Shown here: positions 16,421-20,780 of the stretch, in pieces | How positions within the stretch are numbered: the stretch's first letter is position 1 | How the letters are laid out: each line of letters begins with the position of its first letter | Source: Candidatus Micrarchaeota archaeon | GTDB lineage: Archaea; B1Sed10-29 | Assembly: GCA_964388265.1 (NCBI GenBank) | Contig: CAYLXZ010000003.1 | Location: forward strand, 21,145-41,924 | Direction of reading: 5' to 3' | DNA: 20,780 nucleotides | The notes under the pieces: generated by a model | Databases searched by the model: none | The model's input: only the letters and a program-made list of their open reading frames with translations | Told to the model about the DNA's origin: nothing | Program-made: the position numbers and the translations under genes

Positions 16421-16493
16421 GGGTCCGTGGTCTAAAGGTTAAGACGCCGTCTTCACATGACGGAGAGTGGGAGTTCGAATCTCCTCGGACCCA
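16421..16493 (+). tRNA. tRNA-Val(CAC), intronless, CCA not encoded
   Basis: GGGTCCG/CGGACCC+A, D stem GTCT/AGAC, anticodon arm CCGTC-TTCACAT-GACGG, T arm GGGAG-TTCGAAT-CTCCT. Confidence 0.95.
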
Positions 16494-16555
16494 TTCATCA
16501 AGAGAATCTGTAGAGAGATAGGAGCGATAAGGTTCAAAGTAGGTTTTAAGAGGAG

Positions 16556-16675
16556 TTATGGAACTTCTTTACTTCTTCTTTTGCTTCTTTGACGGAGACC
16601 CCATTCTATGTCTTCTCGCATGTTTTTCTCTGTCTTCTCTATCTTTTCTTTGGAGAACTTCTTGTCTTCAGTCAT
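16556..16675 (-). CDS. Putative 39-aa small protein (below the ORF track cutoff)
   Basis: MTEDKKFSKEKIEKTEKNMREDIEWGLRQRSKRRSKEVP*; purine-rich coding-like composition; GTGA SD 6 nt upstream and AT-rich promoter-like sequence beyond it. Confidence 0.5.
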   Translation of the reverse strand: MTEDKKFSKEKIEKTEKNMREDIEWGLRQRSKRRSKEVP

Positions 16676-16789
16676 CTATGGTCACATTTAATTTATACTG
16701 ACGGAGAATAAAAAAGTTTTGCAATAATCATTGGTTTAGAATGGTAGTTCTTTCCGTTTTAGGTTCTTGGTGAAGATGTAGGTTTTCAG

Positions 16790-17278
16790 TTATCTTCGCT
16801 TTCTTTTCTTCTTCAGTTTCTTTTTGAGGGAGGATACTATTCCTTTGGATTTTTTCTTCTTCTCTTCTTTTTTGAGTGGGATTATTTCTTTCTTCTTTTT
16901 ACCTACTTCTATATTTTTGATACCGAGTTCTTCTTTCTTCTTCTCGTATTCTTTCTTTAGTCTCTCCAGTTCTTCTTCAAGCGTTCTCTGTTTGTCTTTG
17001 AGTGTGTTCCATTCCGAGGAAGCCTTTGCTTTTTTATCTTCTTTTCTTTCCTGTTGAGCTTCTTTAAAGTCCTTTTTTTCTTTGATTGTTTCTTTAACTC
17101 CTTTCGATTCCTCTATTTCCTCAGTTTTTTCTTCTAGTTTTTCCTCTATTTCTTCTTTGGCTTTATAACAGGCTTGAAGGTTATTCAGGTATTCTCCTAT
17201 CTCTTTAAGAATTTCTTTCTTGTCTTTTTTGGGTTTCTCCCCTTTTTCAAAGTTTATCTTGATCTTTTCCTCAGCCAT
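16790..17278 (-). CDS. Hypothetical Lys/Glu-rich coiled-coil protein with a basic C-terminus
   Basis: 162 aa with heptad-like charged helices, ending KKKLKKKRKRR; GAGG SD upstream. Confidence 0.75.
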   Translation of the reverse strand: MAEEKIKINFEKGEKPKKDKKEILKEIGEYLNNLQACYKAKEEIEEKLEEKTEEIEESKGVKETIKEKKDFKEAQQERKEDKKAKASSEWNTLKDKQRTLEEELERLKKEYEKKKEELGIKNIEVGKKKKEIIPLKKEEKKKKSKGIVSSLKKKLKKKRKRR

Positions 17279-17390
17279 CTGCTTTGCCTCGGTTTCTTTA
17301 TCTCACAGTATGATTTAAATCAGGCCGTTCAATTAAAGTTAACGACTTTGATGCTCCGGTAGTCTAGTGGCCAAGGATCCGAGCCTCTCG

Positions 17391-17435
17391 AAAACTCTCT
17401 GAAGGAAATTTTATCAAAACCAAGGGTTTGGAGCG
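17391..17435 (+). other. 45-nt canonical tRNA intron (37/38)
   Basis: Strict BHB: central helix CTCT/GGAG, bulges CGA and CGA, intron stem AAACTCT/AGGGTTT. Confidence 0.9.
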
Positions 17436-17456
17436 AGCTCGGGACACGGGTTCAAA

Positions 17457-17494
17457 AGAAGGAAACTTTGGTTTCCATGGTTTCCTTCGGAAAC
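17457..17494 (+). other. 38-nt non-canonical tRNA intron in the T-loop (59/60)
   Basis: BHB: outer T stem ACGGG/CCCGT, central helix TTCA/GGAA (one A.G mismatch), bulges AAA and ACT, intron stem GAAGGAAAC/GTTTCCTTC. Confidence 0.87.
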
Positions 17495-17535
17495 TCCCGT
17501 CCGGAGCATCATTCTCTTCTCTTCATGGAAGAAAC

Positions 17536-17543
17536 TTTAAATA
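17536..17543 (+). promoter_or_regulatory. TATA box of the lrp gene (probable leaderless transcript)
   Basis: GAAAC-TTTAAATA with a 25-nt gap to ATG 17569; no SD visible. Confidence 0.6.
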
Positions 17544-17568
17544 CCTTAAATGTCTTCTATATTCCACC

Positions 17569-18033
17569 ATGGTTATGAGTAAAACTCCGGACGAAACGGA
17601 CATGAAGATCATAAAAGAACTCAGAGAAAACGGAAGAGCAAGCTACAGAGAGATCGCGGATAAGATAGAAGTATCTCCAGGAACTGTTCAAAACAGAATA
17701 GAGAAACTTGAAGAAGAAGGAATAATAAAAAGCTACCACGCCGTAGTGAACTGGGAAGAACTAGGATTCGAAATCACCTCGATAATCGGACTACAAGTAG
17801 ATTCAAGCGCACTGGACAGAATAGAGAAGAAACTTCAAGATAACCCGAACGTATTCGCAGTATACACAGTGACAGGGGAGTTCGACCTATTCATCGCAGT
17901 TAAATACAAGTCAATGCAGGAGCTAGATAACTTCGTTAAAAAAGACCTAGCACAACCAGAGATAGAGAAAACAACAACATTCATAGTCTTAGAAACCAAT
18001 AAAGAAGAAAGAGAATTCCTAAAAGAACTTTAA
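17569..18033 (+). CDS. Lrp/AsnC family transcriptional regulator
   Basis: DETDMKIIKELRENGRASYREIA...TVQNRIEKLEEEGII HTH and VYTVTGEFDL RAM domain. The true start is ATG 17569 or 17575; the ORF track start 17428 lies inside tRNA-Glu. Confidence 0.94.
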   Translation: MVMSKTPDETDMKIIKELRENGRASYREIADKIEVSPGTVQNRIEKLEEEGIIKSYHAVVNWEELGFEITSIIGLQVDSSALDRIEKKLQDNPNVFAVYTVTGEFDLFIAVKYKSMQELDNFVKKDLAQPEIEKTTTFIVLETNKEEREFLKEL

Positions 18034-18060
18034 GACCTGGAAACTAAAGAGGGATAAAAG

Positions 18061-19518
18061 TTGTTCCAATTCACATTCACAGACCTAAGAATAATACTCA
18101 GAGACTTCGGAGAAGTCACCTACTACTTCTCAGCAGCCTTCATACTACCCATCATAGTTTCATTGATCTACATGGAAGGCTTCAACCAACTGATGTACTA
18201 CGTTCTCCCCGGAATAGCCACATTACTAGTAGGACTGGCATTCAAAGAAGTATTCGATAATAATAGAGAAACAAAGAAAACACACGCCTTCACCATGGTT
18301 ATACTCGTATGGTTTCTCATCCCTTTATTCGCATCCTTCCCATACATGCTGCACGGCGTACCTCTAGATGACGCTTACTTTGACTCAGTATCTGCCTTCA
18401 CGACCACAGGAATAACACCGCTACGTACCCAGGGAGCCTACCCCAACAGCCTGATGTTCTGGAGAAGCGCAGAAGCCTGGATCGGAGGAGCGGGAATAAT
18501 CGTACTCGCTTTAGTAGGAATATTCACATACATTAAATCCTACAAACTCTACAAAGCAGAGGGACGGGAAGAAAGACTCCGCCCCAGCGTCAAAGGAACC
18601 GCCAAGCGTATATGGTGGATATACACTCTTCTCACCGCTTTTGGAGTTATTCTACTGCTTTTATCAGGCTTAGGGTTATTTGAATCAATAAACTACTCTA
18701 TGAGCGCGATATCTACCAATGGAATGGACATGGCCTGGAGAGGACTAGCTAACATGAATAATGTTCTAGCCGAAGCTTCACTAGCCGTTATAATGTTGCT
18801 AGGATCCTTTTCATTCTACATACACTATCAGTTCCTCAAAAAGAAATGGAAAGCGTACCTCGGGGATATACAGGTAAAGCTAGCTCTCCTGCTACTAGCC
18901 ATAGGTATATTGATAACTCTACCTAAATTCATAGGGATCTACGGAGCAACCTCCACTGGACTCAGGTACTCCGCATTCCACTCAGTCTCCGCCTTAACCG
19001 CAGGAGGGTTCCACGCAGCAAGCGCTGCACAATGGGGAGGAACAATAAAACTCGCATTCATCCTCCTGATGTTCGTAGGAGGATCAGCAGGATCAACAGC
19101 AGGAGGAATAAAGGTCATAAGGTTCTGGGTGTTCCTGAAATCAATCTACTGGAAAATAAAAGAAGCAGTACTACCTCAAAGAGCTCATTTCTCACGTAAA
19201 ATACAAGGAGAGGAAGCCACGGACACACAACTAAGCACAATATACATATTCATACTTCTATATCTATTATTCATAGCAGCAGGAGCACTAGTGATAACAA
19301 GCGCAGAAGGAGCACCGCTAGGAGACGCATTATTCGCAACCACATCATCACAAGGAAATGTAGGGTTGATGGTGGGTATAACAAGGCCAGGAATGACCCT
19401 AGCAACCAAGGCAGTACTCGTTTTCAACATGGTCGTGGGCAGAATAGAGATAATACCAATACTATACGGAGTGGGTTTCCTCCTCAAGTATAAAAAGAAA
19501 CCTTCCCTTAACAAATAA
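18061..19518 (+). CDS. trkH: Trk potassium uptake membrane subunit
   Basis: SAFTTTG, FWRS..WIGGAGII, FVGGSAGSTAGGIKVIR, GNVG and VGRIEI; four P-loop glycines; TTG start. Confidence 0.95.
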   Translation: MFQFTFTDLRIILRDFGEVTYYFSAAFILPIIVSLIYMEGFNQLMYYVLPGIATLLVGLAFKEVFDNNRETKKTHAFTMVILVWFLIPLFASFPYMLHGVPLDDAYFDSVSAFTTTGITPLRTQGAYPNSLMFWRSAEAWIGGAGIIVLALVGIFTYIKSYKLYKAEGREERLRPSVKGTAKRIWWIYTLLTAFGVILLLLSGLGLFESINYSMSAISTNGMDMAWRGLANMNNVLAEASLAVIMLLGSFSFYIHYQFLKKKWKAYLGDIQVKLALLLLAIGILITLPKFIGIYGATSTGLRYSAFHSVSALTAGGFHAASAAQWGGTIKLAFILLMFVGGSAGSTAGGIKVIRFWVFLKSIYWKIKEAVLPQRAHFSRKIQGEEATDTQLSTIYIFILLYLLFIAAGALVITSAEGAPLGDALFATTSSQGNVGLMVGITRPGMTLATKAVLVFNMVVGRIEIIPILYGVGFLLKYKKKPSLNK

Positions 19519-19541
19519 AGGAGAATCATGAAGGTGATAAC

Positions 19542-20201
19542 ATGTATGTAATCATAGTTGGCGGAGGAAGAATAGGTAAACACCTAGCCAAGATACTCAT
19601 AAACGAAGGACACGACATAGTCGTAGTAGACAAAGACGGCGATGTATGCCATGAAATAGCCAAAGAACTCGATGCACTCACAGTAAGAGGAGATGCAACC
19701 CGGCCAGAAGTACTAGATGACGCAGGGATAGACGAAGCAGACTCAATAGTATCCTTAACCGGATCAGATGAAACAAACCTAGTAGTAGGTCTAATAGCAA
19801 AACAGATGGGAGCAGAAGACGTAGGCATACGACTAGGAGCACTTCACTACGATGAAAAAGTACTCAAAACACTAGGAATAGACAAAGCAATATACCCAGC
19901 ATCCACAGCAGCCGGATACATATCCGAAATGATAACAAAACCCGAAGTACTAGACCTGTCATTCGTGGAAAGAGGAAACGCGGTAATACTAGAACTAGAA
20001 GTACTAGAAAGCTCCAAGATAGCAGGAAAAAAAGTAGAAGACGCAGGAATACCAGAAGAAGCATCCGTAACAGCAGTCTACAGAGATGAATCTCTAAAGA
20101 TACCGTCACCAGACATGGAGATAAAACCAGGGGACAAGGTGCTGATGCTCGCTAGGAAAGACAAGATCAAGAGCGTGAAGAAACTAGGAAAAACAAAATA
20201 A
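19542..20201 (+). CDS. trkA: TrkA-type NAD-binding RCK regulatory subunit
   Basis: IIVGGGRIG Rossmann motif, GDAT, TGSDETN and a C-terminal RCK_C domain; SD GGTGA. Confidence 0.95.
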   Translation: MYVIIVGGGRIGKHLAKILINEGHDIVVVDKDGDVCHEIAKELDALTVRGDATRPEVLDDAGIDEADSIVSLTGSDETNLVVGLIAKQMGAEDVGIRLGALHYDEKVLKTLGIDKAIYPASTAAGYISEMITKPEVLDLSFVERGNAVILELEVLESSKIAGKKVEDAGIPEEASVTAVYRDESLKIPSPDMEIKPGDKVLMLARKDKIKSVKKLGKTK

Positions 20202-20211
20202 AGTGATCGAA

Positions 20212-20682
20212 ATGCCCGCACAAGACAAGCCAGATCAAGTGAAGTTCCAAGCAAAGATAGATGACTGGGTCTGCATAAAGAAAGGAAAGTTCGACGAAAA
20301 CACAGACGACATACAAGCAGCCAAACTACTTGCAAGCATCTACGACTCCTTCAACAGAAAGATTTGGGAGTATGTGGGAACAGAGATAGATTTAGAGGAA
20401 CTAGACCAGATAGCTTATGATGTTACGGGAGCAGAGTACGATGACGATGAAGAAGAATACAGGATAGAAGGAAGAGTAACCAACGACCAGATAGCAGAAG
20501 CAATGCAAGCAGTAAAAAACAAGGTACCCAGAATGATAGACATAGAACACGACGAGTTAAGACAGGTGGCTAAGACCTACGTTACAAGAAAGGTGCTGGA
20601 TCTCTTGAAGATAAGGATAGATCCGGATCCAAAGAAACTTAAGAAATACGTGGAAAAGAAACGTAAAGGAATAGTTGACTAA
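20212..20682 (+). CDS. Archaeal conserved hypothetical protein, DUF2666-like
   Basis: DQVKFQAKIDDWVCIKKGKFDENTDDIQAAKLLASI resembles the DUF2666 N-terminus as recalled. ATG 20212 with a GTGA SD is preferred over GTG 20203. Confidence 0.7.
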   Translation: MPAQDKPDQVKFQAKIDDWVCIKKGKFDENTDDIQAAKLLASIYDSFNRKIWEYVGTEIDLEELDQIAYDVTGAEYDDDEEEYRIEGRVTNDQIAEAMQAVKNKVPRMIDIEHDELRQVAKTYVTRKVLDLLKIRIDPDPKKLKKYVEKKRKGIVD

Positions 20683-20690
20683 CCACTTAT

Positions 20691-20698
20691 TTTTAAAT
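20691..20698 (+). promoter_or_regulatory. TATA box of tRNA-Pro
   Basis: TTTTAAAT ending 28 nt before the tRNA 5' end. Confidence 0.55.
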
Positions 20699-20725
20699 CT
20701 ATTAACCTACACAAAGATAGTGTAA

Positions 20726-20780
20726 GGGGTCATAGGGTAGCCTGGTATCCTACCGGCTTTGGGTGCCGGTGACCTGAGTT
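20726..20780 (+). tRNA. tRNA-Pro(TGG), truncated by the window end
   Basis: GGGGTCA TA GGGT AGCCTGGTA TCCT A CCGGC TTTGGGT GCCGG TGAC CTGAG TT...; anticodon at 20760-20762. Confidence 0.9.

Larger units (their letters stand above)
17353..17508 (+). tRNA. tRNA-Glu(CTC) with two introns (37/38 and 59/60)
   Basis: Removing 17391-17435 and 17457-17494 gives 73 nt: GCTCCGG TA GTCT AGTGGCCAA GGAT C CGAGC CTCTCGA GCTCG GGAC ACGGG TTCAAAT CCCGT CCGGAGC A. Anticodon at 17387-17389. Confidence 0.93.

Noticed and set aside
13057..16612. 14-nt inverted match GACATAGAATGGGG between ppsA (13057-13070) and the small ORF (16599-16612); both peptides read DIEWGL
   Set aside because: A 14-nt match is about expected by chance in 20 kb of biased sequence, and nothing else supports antisense regulation.
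17391..17435. Box C/D guide RNA inside tRNA introns (CTGA present in the Glu and Gln introns)
   Set aside because: No box C (RTGATGA) is present and the introns are too short for a standard guide.
17428..17568. N-terminal extension of the Lrp ORF
   Set aside because: It overlaps tRNA-Glu and the TATA box; Lrp homology begins at about 17569.
20708..20724. TACAC/GTGTA hairpin before tRNA-Pro
   Set aside because: Only 5 bp and mostly upstream of the expected transcription start.

Overview
Archaeal chromosomal window with an A-rich coding strand, GGAGGTG/GGTGA Shine-Dalgarno sites and TTTAAATA-type TATA boxes. A DPANN-like lineage is a guess, not shown. In order: an HTH-nucleotidyltransferase (MNT) gene broken by an in-frame TAA, with its HEPN partner; three metallopeptidases (M24, M29, M3-like); Yip1 and DUF3566-like membrane proteins; Trm5 with a Trm5a-type PxP motif; DUF63; 2-oxoacid:ferredoxin oxidoreductase alpha/beta; a TRAM protein; endonuclease III followed by a likely DUF86/HEPN remnant; a small PC4/PUR-like protein; PEP synthase coupled to a class I/II aminotransferase; several ORFans; Lrp/AsnC-TrkH-TrkA-DUF2666. 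Five tRNA genes absent from the ORF track were read by hand: Gly(CCC), Gln(CTG), Val(CAC), Glu(CTC) and a partial Pro(TGG). The most unusual signals are in these tRNAs. tRNA-Glu carries two introns (canonical 37/38 and T-loop 59/60), and tRNA-Gln carries a D-loop intron (20a/20b) and C33. Both non-canonical introns have a bulge-helix-bulge motif with a purine-purine mismatch at the same position, and the three introns share sequence motifs. Also notable are a 15-nt palindrome-cored motif shared by two promoters and a transcription-oriented codon skew that reverses inside DUF63. No CRISPR array, rRNA or mobile element was seen. All family assignments come from motif recognition by eye, not database searches.
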